Below are positions 27,426 through 41,021 of a stretch of 64,000 nt of DNA, piece after piece (within the stretch, counting starts at the first letter, position 1; each line of letters begins with the position of its first letter). The notes under the pieces were generated by a model that saw only the letters and a list, made by a program, of their open reading frames with translations, had not been told where the DNA came from and did no database searches. The DNA is from Paraspadella gotoi (Eukaryota > Animalia > Chaetognatha), in contig CM119263.1 of NCBI GenBank assembly GCA_051294375.1, positions 16,470,532 to 16,534,531 on the forward strand, given 5' to 3'. A program made the translations under genes and the position numbers.

Positions 27426-27989
27426 CTTCGCGGACTCGATTTCACAGTAGGAAAGTCCTCCTTGTTATCGATATCATAGTGGGCGGTTAAAAAGAGAGAA
27501 AATCACTGACGCCTTATTCAGCGCCAACGACTTTAGTGATTAGACATTGAGTCAGTTTTTCAAATCATCATTGTACTTAGATATAGAAAGTTACAAAGCA
27601 AGTAAAGCAAGGGTAAATACGTTACTTTTACGATCTTGTATCATCCCTTTGACGGCGACAACAGTGACGCACCAACATGAATGAAATCGAAGATGGCGAC
27701 ACTCGTCGATTCTCATCATCATCGAATTTTCTAGTTATTTCTTTGTATTTTTTTTAACTTCCGTTTCCGTGCATCCCCAGCATCCACAGCACGCCTATCA
27801 CATCCTTTCACACTTTTAAATCGAGGGGTCACATTTTATACCTTCCATTCTTCTTTACCAACATATTTTCTATAAAAATTAAGTCATTTCCTTTCGCATG
27901 TGTTTTTGCCCTCCTATTTGAAATCTTAAAAATATTTTAATTCGTTCCCAGTTTCCCTTCTATTAACTCTTTATTTTTGTTATTTTTCT

Positions 27990-28340
27990 ACTCTTTCTTT
28001 TTTATTTTTTTAAACCTCTTTCCTTTTCCTTTTTTCTTTTCCTTTCCTTTTCTTTTTTAAAACCTCTTTCCCTTTTTTTTCTTTCTTTTCCTTTTATTTT
28101 TTTAAACCTCTTTCCATTTTTTCCATTATTTTCCTCTTTTTTTAAACTTCTTTCGTTTTCCTTTTTTCTTTTCTTTTCCTTTTCTTTTTTTAAACCTCTT
28201 TCCCTTTTTTTCCTTTCTTTTCCCTTTCTTTTTTTTAAACCTCTCTCCCTTTTTTTCCTTCTTTTCCTTTTCTTTTTTAAAACCTCTTTCTCTTTCCTTT
28301 TTTCCTTTCATTTCCTTTTCTTTTTTCCTTCTTTTTTTCC
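27990..28340. repeat. Degenerate pyrimidine minisatellite (ttttttaaacctctttcccttttt...)
   Basis: About six recurrences of taaac(c/t)tc in a T/C tract. Confidence 0.75.
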
Positions 28341-28911
28341 CATGCTCCTTCCCACGTTGATTGACGTCATTCTCTCCAACGGATATCGATGTTTTCGTCG
28401 ACGACAAAATCTTTCTCGGGCTCAAGAGTCAAGACTCGAGACTCACTCAACTCACTCTCCATCATTTTCACACCCTCGCTGTTTTTCATCGCTCTTCACA
28501 TTCCTCCTCGCATTAGTCAAAGTTCACTATCTAATTCTCCTCTCATTTTCTTTTACCTTATTCTCCGCTGATGGTTATCAGTTTTTTTTACTCTCTCGTC
28601 CAATATCTTTACGCCTCGTTAGCTCTCTCTTGAGTCTTTTGCTTCCTCTGTTCATTAACACAAATAATAAAAGAGTTTATTTTCTTCTCTCTTTTTTACT
28701 CTTTTTTAAACTTTTTTTTTACATATTTCCATATCCACAGCCTCCAAAATTTTAGTATTTTAGTATGATTTATCTCTCTCTCTCTCCTTCGCTCTCTCGT
28801 CAGTTAAACCGCGAATCACGCTCATAATCACCTTCAACCCTTTAGCAAATTACTTTCGCTCGCGCACTTTATCCCAAATCAGTTCGGCGGCCTATCTCTC
28901 TCTCTCTCTCA

Positions 28912-28960
<49 letters not shown>

Positions 28961-28963
<3 letters not shown>

Positions 28964-29029
28964 TACTTCACCATCTCGAGCCATTCTGATTTTTTTCTTT
29001 CTCGATGAAGGTGATTATTTTTTGACGAC

Positions 29030-29078
<49 letters not shown>

Positions 29079-29142
29079 TACTTCACCATCTCGAGCCATT
29101 CTGAATTTTTCTTCTCGATGAAGGTGATAATTTTTTGACGAC

Positions 29143-29199
<57 letters not shown>

Positions 29200-29262
29200 T
29201 ACTTCACCATCTCGAGCCATTCTGAATTTTTCTTCTCGATGAAGGTGATAATTTTTTGACTA

Positions 29263-29264
<2 letters not shown>
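28961..29264 (-). repeat. Three tandem copies of a 68-bp unique unit separated by (CT)n tracts
   Basis: acttacttcaccatctcgagccattctga...gatgaaggtgat(a/t)attttttgac at 28961, 29076 and 29197. Confidence 0.9.
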
Positions 29265-29336
<72 letters not shown>

Positions 29337-29758
29337 TCTCTCCCTCTTTCTCTTTTCTCCCCCTCTCCCTCCCTCTCTCTCTATCTCGCTGCTTCGACGT
29401 CCCTTACTAGTCCAGTCTTTTCGGAAAGTTTCCGATTATCTTAACTCTTCTACACTGTTCACTGTTTACTGTATATCCTGCTTCAAACGTAGCGAGACCT
29501 TTTAATCACAGCACAATTACCTTTAACTCATAATACTCCTTTACACCCCTGCCACTCCGCACCACCACCCCTTAACCTATCTCCTCTTCTCTTCTCTCCT
29601 CTCCTCCTCTTCTTTCCATCCGCCCTTTTGACCGCAGAGCTTGATCTCGCCACTCCCCGCGGCACAGATTTTTATCGGCCCCCGGTGCTTTACCCTTTCC
29701 ACTCTGCAACTCCTTGTCTCAGCTTCATCTCATTATATCTCCTCTGCATCTCTCGTCC

Positions 29759-29841
<83 letters not shown>

Positions 29842-30286
29842 ATTTCCCCAACGTCTCTTCCTCATTTTTCCTTTGACGTTTTTCGCCCCTCTCCTTCGAA
29901 CTTACCCTCAAATTTTTAACTTCCCTCACGCCCACCTTCTCTCTTTGCCCCTCAACCCTTTCTTACCCCTTTTCGCATCATCTATCTTCGCTCCCTCTTC
30001 CAACCAACCCTCGTCCTCACTTCCCCACTAACCCCACCTCCTCTTCCCCACCCCCACCTTACCCCCGCGCCTACTTCCTCTTCCTCTCGCGCTCGTCGTT
30101 GACCTCCTTTTCGCAACCCCGGCGCCTCTCTGCGCGGCGGGAGATTCAACCAATTTAGCGACTCGAACCGAAAATGAAAAAAAAAAAAGTTTTTTACGAG
30201 GCGAAGAACGTGAGTTTAGGGCGAAGAGAACCAAGTCTCTGATTAAGGGGCAAAGAATTTCCGTGCTGGGTTGACGGGGGAAGGAA

Positions 30287-30328
<42 letters not shown>

Positions 30329-32737
30329 GTATGGTCATTGGGATACTGTACTCGTATTAAATTTGTTTCAGTGATTCTCGCTCAGAATTGTCTAATTTTC
30401 TAATATAACCTGCTATGTCATTGTCTTGTTAATTCTGTTAATTTAAATATTTATATTTTGTTGAATTGTAAACTGTACAATTTATCTGTAATGCTGTATG
30501 CCCTTTTGAATGTACTGTTTCAACTAATTGTTGTAAACGAATAAAACACATATATATTAAATGAATGGATACTTTTTATACAATTTCATAAAGATTTCCG
30601 TAACTCTTATTGAAAGAAAGAAAAGATAGAAATGTCAATACTTTACTACTCACTAAGTACTCTTTAAACATTGTATCATTAAAGACAGTTTCTCGAAAAA
30701 AAAAAGCTTTTTGAAACCATTAATGCTACTTTCTTCGCTCTTTGGCAGAGTTTCTAAAAAAAGGATTCCCAACAAATTAAATTTGTCTCGGTTTTCCGCG
30801 AAAAAAGTTGGGAGGTAGGGAAAAAGAGGAAAGGTAAGACTCTACGAAAAGAGGAAAAGGGGGAAGTTAAAAGAGAAAAGAGAAGGCAAATCGAAAAAAG
30901 GAGATTGGGTCCGGATAAATATAAATATAAATAAAACAAGGAAAGGCTCACAGGAAAAGGGAAAGGTGAGAAACGTTGTTGTCTTTTTACGTCACGTGAC
31001 TTTGAGGTGCCAACTGCGTCCAACGAGAAAAACCGAAGAATTTGGAGGCGCGAAAATACAAAAAAAAAATGGGGGGGGGAGATTGGAGGAAAGGAGAAGG
31101 AAAGAAAAACAAGAAGAAAAAAGGAATGACGGAGAAAAGAGGAAGAAAAAAGGAAGGAAATATCAAAGAGAAGGGAAAAGAAAAATAAGAAGGAAATAGA
31201 AATAAAACACGAGAAAACCGGGGATGAGAAAAAAAAGAACAGAAAGAGAAAAGACGAAAGAAAAAGCAGTGGAAATATAGTTTAAGGAGGAAGGTGAGAA
31301 TATTCCGTGGTTGTGGTTGTGATTAGAAGGAGAAGAGGCAATGTTAGACTTAAAAGTGGGTAAACGGGGAATGGCGATTGCAATCATCAGGATCAGGTGC
31401 GCCGATCGATTTTTTTCTTCTTCTCTTTCTTCTTCTATTTCCTCTTGTGAGACGCCGCCGTCGCCGCTGCCGCCGTCGTCGTCGCCGTCGCCGCCGACAC
31501 CCCCGTCGCCACCGCCTCCATCGTCGCCGCCACCGTCCCCGACGCCGCCAAGGTTCTCGTCTTACACGCTAACTATTAATTCAATCAACGAGTTTTTATC
31601 GACTCAATATAATTTTACTTATTCAAATAATTTCTTTGAATATTTCTTCCGTTTTGCAGAAATAATATTTTTTTCTCCTAAGGCGGCTGCATCGACTGGT
31701 GCGGGGAAATCGGGAAGTGCTGACCCTTTATGCGTCACATTATTCCTAATCCTATTCGTATATTTTTCTCGTCGGTCGAACCAAAGGAAGATAAATCTCC
31801 CAGAAATCCCGTCGTCGATTTCGATCGTAAAAACGTCTCTAACCGATATTCGCCTCTTCCCATTTTTTCTTTCTCTTTCTCTTTCTCTTTCTCTTTCTCT
31901 TTCTCTTTCTCTTTCTTCCCCCTCCCGACGGTCCGACTCAGAGACCACCGCATAACTCTTTTTTTTTCCCTCAGTTCACTTGTGCTTTTTTTTTGGGGGG
32001 GGGGCCCGTCAGTCGTTTTCTAAGTTTTTCCACTCTTCCCTTCTTTTTGTTTCCTGTTTTTCTTATATTTATAGGTAAGCTCCCTTTTACCGGTATGTAT
32101 ATTGTATAATGTATAACCTCTCTCTGTCGCCGATTATTCTTCCTCCTTTCCCTGCGGGTAGAGTTCTCTTTTCTTTCCGCTTCACTTCTTCTCTAACCCT
32201 TTTTCCATTCGAAGTACCTTTCTCCCTAATCCTTTCCCATTAATCCCGACTTTTTCCTATCTCAACCTTAACCGTTGAACCGCCGCTTCCACTCTACGCA
32301 TACTCTCCCTATCTTATTACAACCATTTTATAATTACAAACTCAAAACAGAAAGAGAATAAGGAATTCTCTTCCCGCGACCGGATTCATCCCGTCCCCCC
32401 CATTCCTCCCTCGTTCCTCCTCGAAAAAGAGTTTGTTTACCTTTGGGATCGAAAATCTAAATCCGAGTCGACGCTGCCTCCATTCGATTTTCCTCAGTCA
32501 TCCTCTCAAAATCTTATTTATCATTATTTATTATCATAAATGTTATTATGTTGTTGAATATTATTATATCATATTATTTATTATACATTATCATATTTAC
32601 AATAACTTTATAATTCTACTAATTCTAAAATAACGTTGATAATGGTCGGAAACGGCACAGTGATGGCCCTATACGTTCTTATTTCCAGCGCTTCGTCATC
32701 GCTTCTCCCTTTTCAGCACATCCTTTCTTCCAGCAAG

Positions 32738-32769
<32 letters not shown>

Positions 32770-33045
32770 AGTCTCTCTCTCGCTCTCTATCTCTCTCCCG
32801 CAGTCTTTTCGTAGTAAACCGTCAAATATTTTTTTATTCTTTGTGCGAGGCTGCTTCACCAGGGAACAATGGTACAGTCAAAGTGAGCAGCGCTCGTTTT
32901 TGCACCCATTTTGCATTTTGAGTTGTTGCGGTCACTCCGAGAACCTTGAAGATTGCGACTTGTTTCGTGTCTTGTTAGCATAATTGTTATTTTCTTTTTT
33001 TTTTTTAAATCAACAAACTGTATACACAATTGGCCACTTGCTCTC

Positions 33046-33087
33046 AAGTCTTCGGAGGCGTGGGTTCGAATCTCACCGCTACAACCA
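33046..33087 (+). pseudogene. 3' half of a tRNA-Leu-like sequence ending in CCA
   Basis: gtcttcggaggcgtgggttcgaatctcaccgctacaacca resembles the variable arm, T arm and acceptor strand of eukaryotic tRNA-Leu (TCTTCGGAGGCGTGGGTTCGAATCCCACCGCTGCCA). No 5' half upstream. Confidence 0.7.
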
Positions 33088-36000
33088 ATACAAGTGGAGG
33101 AGGGAATTTTTAATAAGAAAAATTCGACCTCAGATTGAATTCAATGAACGCGAGTTTATTTAAATAATATCATCGAGGGAATGCGCGCGGAAAAGAAACT
33201 ACAATGACTTTTATATGCTCCACTTTATGCCGGTAATATTATTTACATTTTTTGAAATTAAAAAATCGATCTTCACTAAATTGTAAATGTAAGTTTTGGA
33301 ATCACATTTTCAAGTCCCGTCACATTCAACAGCCTCCAGATAAAGAAAAACCAAGTGTTCTTCCCCTTCGAAAAAAAAAATATCGCTGGCGTCTAAATCC
33401 ATTCCCGTCCTTTTTCTATTTACTTGGCGCCGGTATTTTGGTTTACTGTTTTTTTTTCCTCCACCGCATAAAGCGACGGGGTTTTTTAGACCACCGTATA
33501 TAAAACGAGAAATCTGAGAAAACGCTCGGTAAGGTGCCAAGAAAAGAGAAAAAGGAGATAAAGAGAAAGGAATAGAAAATGTCGAGGAAAAAAAAGAGGA
33601 AAAAATATGAGATTTAAAAAAAAATAGAGCGTAATGAGATTGAAATGGAAGGCGCGTGAAGAAAATACTATAATTTTATTAATAGTACGTATATAAATGA
33701 AAGAAAATTATCGTAATTGGAGAAAAATAAAAAAAAGAGTTTAAAAATGAAAACAAAACTAATTTGAAAATATATAACATACGATGGAAATCGATCCGAT
33801 AAAAATGTCGAAGTTATAAAGTGGAAATGAAAAGTTCGGAGAAAAAAAAGAGATTCCACAAACGAGTCTGAAAAAGGCATCTTTATTTCTTTTCATCTCT
33901 TTAATTTCCCCTAAAATGCGAATTAAGCCGAATACAAAATGACGCCAAGAAAAAAAGCGAGAATGAATGACAAAAAGGATGGGTTTTAAAAAAATGGTGG
34001 GAGCGACGGCAAATAAGTTTAATCGCCTTGTTATTGCAGATAAATTAATTTTTTTAATTTAGTTATCGAAATAATAAGCAGAATATATATATATATATAT
34101 ATTATATATATCTTTTTTTTTGATCGACCTTCCATCGAGAGTCTTGTTAATCGTCATTTTCGTCGTTTTCGTCGTTTTCGTCTTCTTTTCTTCTCTCAAC
34201 TCCTAGGTCCTCACCTTCTGCGTTACTTTCGGGTAATTTATTGCCTAAAAATAAGATCAACCGCCAACTAATTTCTTTTTTCCTCTCTCTCCATCGGTCC
34301 TAAATAAAGTATCTGTGTCGCTCGGGGTCTGCAAGGTTCTCACAGACACTCGCACACAACCAACCCCTGGCTCCGCGAACGTGTCAACCGAGCTCAACTT
34401 TTTTACTAAATTTTTCCGCTCTTGTTTTATTATTTTTACGTTTTAGTTTTCGTTTTTATTTGTTTTCGGGTCCGAGGCTTCGAAGGTCGAAAGAATCGGG
34501 AGGATGGGGAGCAGGAGAAAGGCTGGAGTGAGAAATTGGTAAGTGGTGGTGAATGGTTAGTGGTGGAACTTACGTCGCTGGGGAGGTGCTGATTTTTTCA
34601 TCGCCATTTTTAGAAAATGTGGCGAAAGTGGGTGAAGGACTATCTGGAAACGAAAAACTAATTTCTGGGAAGTTATTGTAAAAGCGGAGGTAAAAAGTCG
34701 TGAGGCGTTGACAGTGATCGATGATGTTGTGAAAGGAAAAAGTATCACGTCCCGAACAAGTCGTACCTATGTATGAAAAAGATTCTGCATTAGAGGAAAA
34801 TATGAAAATTGCAAAAATTACTTGTTTCAGTATTAGATTTTATAATATTCATTAAAATTATATATTACAAATTCGATATGTGTTATTCGATACAATATGG
34901 TGAATGATTTATTTTTGACATATAAGTGACATGAATTAATCACGGTTCCATAATTTGTCAATATTAAAGTTTAAAAAAAAATGTACAAGCATAGAAGTTT
35001 CTTGAATACATGATAATCCAAAAGCTTAAATTTTTTTTTCCAGACAAAGCGAGAATTTTAAAGTTAAAAAAATGCATAAATGGTAGCAGATGTTATTGTC
35101 GTTTTAGAAAAGTTGAGGCCTGAGGGGAAAGCGCCAAAGGGGAGTTGGTGAGTCTCCCAATAAAGAGATCGGCAGCGGTTGAGAGATGTGTGGAATGCGG
35201 GGGCAAGACAAACCATAGTTTTTAACATAGAGAAGACAGAGACAGAGTCAGGTGCTGCGTTGCGGTACAACGTCGACGATTCGTTTAGTGACGTTACGAT
35301 ACGAAACGTTAGCTATGAACGAAGAGATATTCGCGCTGCTCTCAATTAAAAACAATAGCTTTAAAAAGACGCGTATCAAAAGCAAATTGTCTGACTGGTA
35401 AACGAACAAAGAATAATTCATGTACTATTTAAATACTGTTTTTTTTTTGTTGGCCGAGTAGGAATTCTAAATTAGGAACTTTAGTTACGTTTTTGATTCC
35501 CTTTTTTCCTTCTCACCCCATCTTCCCCTATCCTCGTCAATGTCGTCTCTCCGGCACCAAAATATGCAAATTAATCGTAAACAAAAGATTCCCATTTCCA
35601 TTTCCTCAGTCCATTTCCATTCTCCGGTTCTCAGTCATTTTTTGTGACTTGGTTAGCGCTGGAGAAAAAAAAATTATATAATATAAGGGAGCAATTTCAA
35701 TTCTTGCTGCGACAAAAAATTCTCAGTCTTGACGGCAGTTTTTTTCTGTCAGTGTTCCAATAATTTGATACAGAAAAACTCAGCAGTCGACAAGTACAGT
35801 CTCAAGCGCTATTCTCGTGTTTATAAAAACATGCAATCTCATCTTTATTTTTTCTCAATCAAGAAATCTACTTTTAAAATAATTCGAAAAAGTCTTGTGT
35901 TCAACAGCGTCACGTATTTACGTTGTATCCAAGTACAGTTATTATCTCTTCATTATCTTATATATTCTGAGCCCTAGGTTTTCATTTTTGATTTATCTAT

Positions 36001-36486
36001 GATTATCCATTTCCAAGCTTCGACAGATTTCCTTATATTTTATCGATTTCGAAAATAAGAATTTCCCGTCTTCGCTTGACAAAGTTGACAGTTATGGCGG
36101 AGATGCCAGATATGGTAAACGCAAATCTGGCTTTTAAAGCCATGATGGGTGTTTGTTAAAAAAAACCAGGGTTGTTCCACTCTTCAACTTTCACACTCTC
36201 TTGTTTTCATATTTATTGTTCCATGTTAATAAAAAGTGAATAAACTATAGCCTTTTTTGTTTCTTTAAATATAAATAGAGGATTTTTTTCCCTAATTGTT
36301 ATAAGGAGGCCCTCTCAACCTTCACACAATGCTCATCAAATAGCCATTATATTCCAGAAAACTCTTCCCTCCCTTTATCATCACTCTTTTTTCGTTTAAA
36401 GGTCTTTTTTTCTTATACGGTTACTTTCTTATCATTTCTCCCTTTGCTCCCTCGCCCGCATTCCCCAGTCTTTATCTTTCTCTTAC

Positions 36487-36561
36487 CTTCTCCCCCACGG
36501 TTCCCACATTAAATCCGAAAAGGAGGTCAACCACGATTCCGTCCCGCATTCTCTTGGGGAC
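36487..36561 (-). CDS. Isolated 75-nt exon candidate of an unidentified gene
   Basis: tttttcag|gtcccc...gagaag|gtaaga: strong splice sites, length divisible by 3, two open frames. Confidence 0.3.
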
Positions 36562-39288
36562 CTGAAAAAACAGCCGACAATTGAACATCCAAAACATGAG
36601 GGGGGGGGGAAACAGTTCGCGAAACAAAAGAAAGGAAAAACAAAAACAAGTTTGATAAGAAAGCGAGGGCGACGGAGATCGAGAAAGTTTGCTCAAACGT
36701 CAGGGGAAAAAAAAAACTACAGGAGGGTCGAACAAGTTGCAGAAGTTTACAAATAGCAGACAGTTGCTTGAATCGAACAAAAAAAAAGTAAGTTCCTGTG
36801 ACAGGATAATTTCAGGTCAGAGGGGAGTTTGCTCACTGGGAATTCGGAGAAAAAAAATCAACAAAAAACCAAAAAAACTTAACCACAATGAGGTCGTTTC
36901 GCTTTTCAGTCTTTCTGCTCGAAGAAAAAGACAGAAAGAGAAGTACATAGGCAAAAGCTTTTAATAAGATAAACGACTTCTTTTCGGTTATTCCTCTCAG
37001 AGAATATGCAAACGAGGTTCGGTGCTGTTGAGACTTACCTATAATAAGGTCGTGGGGAGAAGAGAGTGGAAATTAGGATTCGCGAGAGTGAGGTGTTGTG
37101 GGGGGGAGAGGTTTGAGGAGGAGTTAATTCGAGAATGAGACTGAGAGGAGCGAAAGAAATAGAAAGGATAAAAACTGTTACCGAGTACAAAAGTGGATGG
37201 GATAGAAAGAGGAGAGACAGAAACAGACAGAGCGGCCGTTGACTCGAGTTGGTTTCGGTGGAGCAGGAAGGAAAAGTGGGAAAGGAAAAAAAGGGGGGGG
37301 AAAGAAAATCCTCGGATGGAATCCTTTTGTTGTTCCCCGATTCTTTTTTTTTTCGTCTCTTTTGTGACAAAAAAGAGACTCGTGGGTCTCATGGTTATTC
37401 CAAGGATAGAATCGTTGTGGCTTCGTTCGTTGACACCGTTGTGGGGGTTGTGGTAGCTGTGGTCGCTTAACTGCCGCTGAGGTTTTTTTATTCATGGTTT
37501 CTGGCTTCGAACTTTTTCATCATTATCTGATATTCAGTATCGGCATTAACATCAGCAAACCCCTGAGGACAAGAGAACGTCAGCAGGAGTCCCGATTCTA
37601 TTCTTATTCTCGTCTTCTTTCTAAACTCTGGATGTGTTCGCAATTCCTAAGACGGTTTTTTCTTTGGTCGCACCTTTGACGCCATTTTGACTGCGAGAGG
37701 TGCCATGTAAAATTGGAAAATATTTTTAAAATAAGAAAAAGGAGGGATGTTGTTTAAATTAAACGGAAGAAGTGTAAGGGGAAAACAGGAGTTACGTAAG
37801 CTTAGGGACGAAAGAAGAAAACGATATGATATGATATGATATGATATGATATGATAACGAACGTAGGAAAAGATAGGGTAGACCCATACAAGATTCTCTT
37901 GCCTTGACTTAAATGGGAGCAATAAGGCTGAGGCTTCCAAAATAAAAGTACGTGAAGGATTTATTTTTATGTGTAAAAATATAGCAAAAAAAGAAAAAAA
38001 AAACAAGAAAAAAAACATCAATGCTCATATTTAAAAGAAAAAAAAGTTAAAAATCAAGGAGTCGGATGAATTTTGCAAAATAAGTAAACCGGGGAGAGAG
38101 AGAGAAAAGAAAAGTTAAAAAGAAACAACTAAAAAGTCAAAAAAGTATAAAGTGCACTTTTCGACGAAGAGAGTTTTTTATTTTTTATCTCCTTTCCAGG
38201 AAAAGTAGTTCGATCTTCCAGAAAATGGAGAGAAGGAGAAAAATAGAAGGTTTTAAAATTCAGAAGGAGCGAAACCTCGGGGGTTTGCAGAAAACTGGGT
38301 GAAGAACAAGGGTTAAGACTTGGGAGAACTAAGAATGGAGATGCGGAATTAGGAAATTATGAATTATGAACGACGTAGATTGGTCATTCTCATTTTTTGG
38401 CAACGCGAAAACTTTCAATTCAGCGAGGGGAATGAATTTCAGGCTAGGTTTAATAAGCATCGGAGTAAAAACTACTTGAAAAACAATGTTTAAATCTCAA
38501 TAATGTTACCGGGTCTTTCATAGACTGAAACGTGGAGAAAAAAAAATGTCAACTCTATTTTCTGAATCCTTAAGTGACGTTAAAAAAAAAAAAGCTAAAA
38601 ATAAAAATTAATACAAATTGCCTCTCGGTATTCTGCTCTTCCGCTACGGTGTTGTTCTGTCAACGTTCCTTTTTCCCGACGCAGCTGCGTACGTTTGTCG
38701 GCGGCGCGGCGGCGGCGTCGGCGGAGGGCGTTGACGCCGGTGGTGGCAGGGGTTCCGAAGGTTGAGGGGAGTGTCGATGGAAACTAAACCATGAAAACTA
38801 AAGAAAAAAATAACGAACCTCTCGAAAAGAAAGATAAGGGAATAACGATGAGAGGGGAATTTTGTCGGAGCCGCTTTTTGGGATCAGGTGGGAGAATTCG
38901 GCGCGAAAACCTCGAAATTTATTTCGCTTAAACGAATTACATGAAAAAAAAAGGGGGGGAGGCAAATGCGCTCGGTATTCGTAATGAGTGACATCGTTGT
39001 GCGTTCGTTTCTTTCTTTCTAAAATTTCTCGATTGCGTTTATTTATGCGCATGCACAAATTGCACTTGCCTCTGATCTTGGAAAGCATGAGGCAACTTTT
39101 TTTAATATTTTTACTTTATCTAAGTTAATCGCTACTTTAAAAACATGAAATTTTCGTATTACGGTTGAGATATTTTGTTTAAAAAAAAAAGAGTTTTAAT
39201 TTTAAAGAAAAGTTAATGGGTTTTCAATGAGTTTGAATGAATCGCGTCGTTTTGAGCTCGTGAATATGGAGACCTAATTATTGGAAAA

Positions 39289-39434
<146 letters not shown>

Positions 39435-39919
39435 GCAGGTAAATAAAACAACATTCTCCCAGATGTTTTTTGTCGTGATGATTACAAATCTAGTTAATTT
39501 TAATTAAAAAAGAACGGTAATTCCAATGTGTTTCGCCGCAGCGACTTTGTAAACTCGTGTATTTACGGTCACGCATTGTCAGTTCCAATGAGCGTTCAAT
39601 ACGCACTGCATCGGAATTCCGTACTTTATTCTTTATATGAATTCTTTAAAAACTAACCGTCGCTTATATTTGAGGTTCATTTCACAACAATAACAAAAGA
39701 ACAACAAAATACTATACGAAATACGGTGCATTTTTTTTCCGATCTCGTTACCGTAGTTTGACGTCTTCCACAGTTTGTTATTTCCTTAGTCGGCCCAAGG
39801 TAGAATCTCCAAATATATTTGTTCCAAGGAGAAGAACACAACAGTCACCGCGATATCCTGTCATTTATGTCAAGATCTTTACCGTCACAGAAACAGGAAA
39901 GCTATCGTCGACCTAATCC

Positions 39920-40000
39920 AAACGCGCATGCGCTCGATAAAATTCCACAACGCCGTCATCACGTGATCTCGTGAGCCAATATTTACTCGTCCGGAAAATA
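39920..40000. promoter_or_regulatory. Promoter-like motif cluster
   Basis: GCGCATGCGC (NRF1/ewg type, 39924-39933), ATCACGTGAT (E-box, 39958-39967), CCAAT (39976-39980) and CCGGAAA (ETS type, 39991-39997) within about 75 bp. Confidence 0.5.
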
Positions 40001-40170
40001 TTTCTTTCGTCTCTTCCTTTTCTTCTTCTTTTATTTTTCTCTTCACGTTTACTTCCATAGTTTTCTCGAGACTTTTCCTTCCTTGTTTTCTTTTACGACT
40101 CTACCCTACACGAGAAATAAATATCAATTACTTACTTGCTTTATTTTACTTTTCCCCACAGCCGTTTCTC

Positions 40171-40222
40171 GTTGCGCCGCGAGTTGTCGCGATGCAACTC
40201 TGTGAGTCACTTTTCGGTCGAT
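40171..40222 (+). mobile_element. Diverged fragment of the same HINE-like hairpin repeat
   Basis: Ungapped match to 25246-25297 with 9 mismatches in 52 nt (counted by hand). Confidence 0.65.
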
Positions 40223-40645
40223 GAGTTTATCTGTTAATTAATTTCTGTTACGTTTAAAAAGTTAATAACTGAGGTAAATCAGTACAGATTTTTTTGTTGA
40301 CTTATTTTTTTTATGCTCTAATTCTTTATATCAATATTTTAATTCTTTTACATCCATAAGATGATTTTACAGGCTCATTGTGACAAGCATCCACATAAAA
40401 AAATTACAAATATTACAATTACAATACCGGTTTTTCTTTTCTTTTTCCTACCATATTTGTCTCTCCTCTTCCTCTTCCTCTTCCCCCTCGCTTCCACGTC
40501 CCAAGCCACCGAGTATCGACTTTCGAAGAGATTTCCGCCGAATCAGCGGCGCAGAAGTCACTGGATTGACATCCAGGTTTTTTTTTTTGGCGACTGTGGA
40601 TGAGGAAGGGGGTGAGGCATCGGGGTGGAAGTGCAGGAGGTTGTA

Positions 40646-40798
40646 AGGGGGGGGGGGGGGGGGGGGAAGGGAAGGATGTCGGGGGGGGGGGGGGGCGGGG
40701 GGGGGGGTGGGGGGGGGGGGGGGGGGGGGGAGGGGAAGGGGGCGGGGGGGGTGGGGGGGAGGTGGAAGGGGGGGAACTGGGGAGGGGGATTAAGGGGA
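40646..40798. repeat. Poly-G / G-run tract
   Basis: About 150 bp of near-continuous G runs. Confidence 0.9.
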
Positions 40799-40882
40799 CG
40801 AAAGGTCATCGACGTTTCGAATGTCGCGTTCGCGAGCAAACATCGATGGAGTCATCGGAAACCGCGGGAGAACAAGGATATC

Positions 40883-41021
<139 letters not shown>

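Noticed and set aside
28961-29264. Repeat-spacer pattern resembling a CRISPR array
   Set aside because: The spacers are microsatellite, the unit is about 68 bp, the context is eukaryotic and no cas genes are present.
30325-30560. TG/AT-rich stretch ending in aataaa, like a LINE 3' UTR
   Set aside because: No reverse transcriptase remnant and no second copy in the window.
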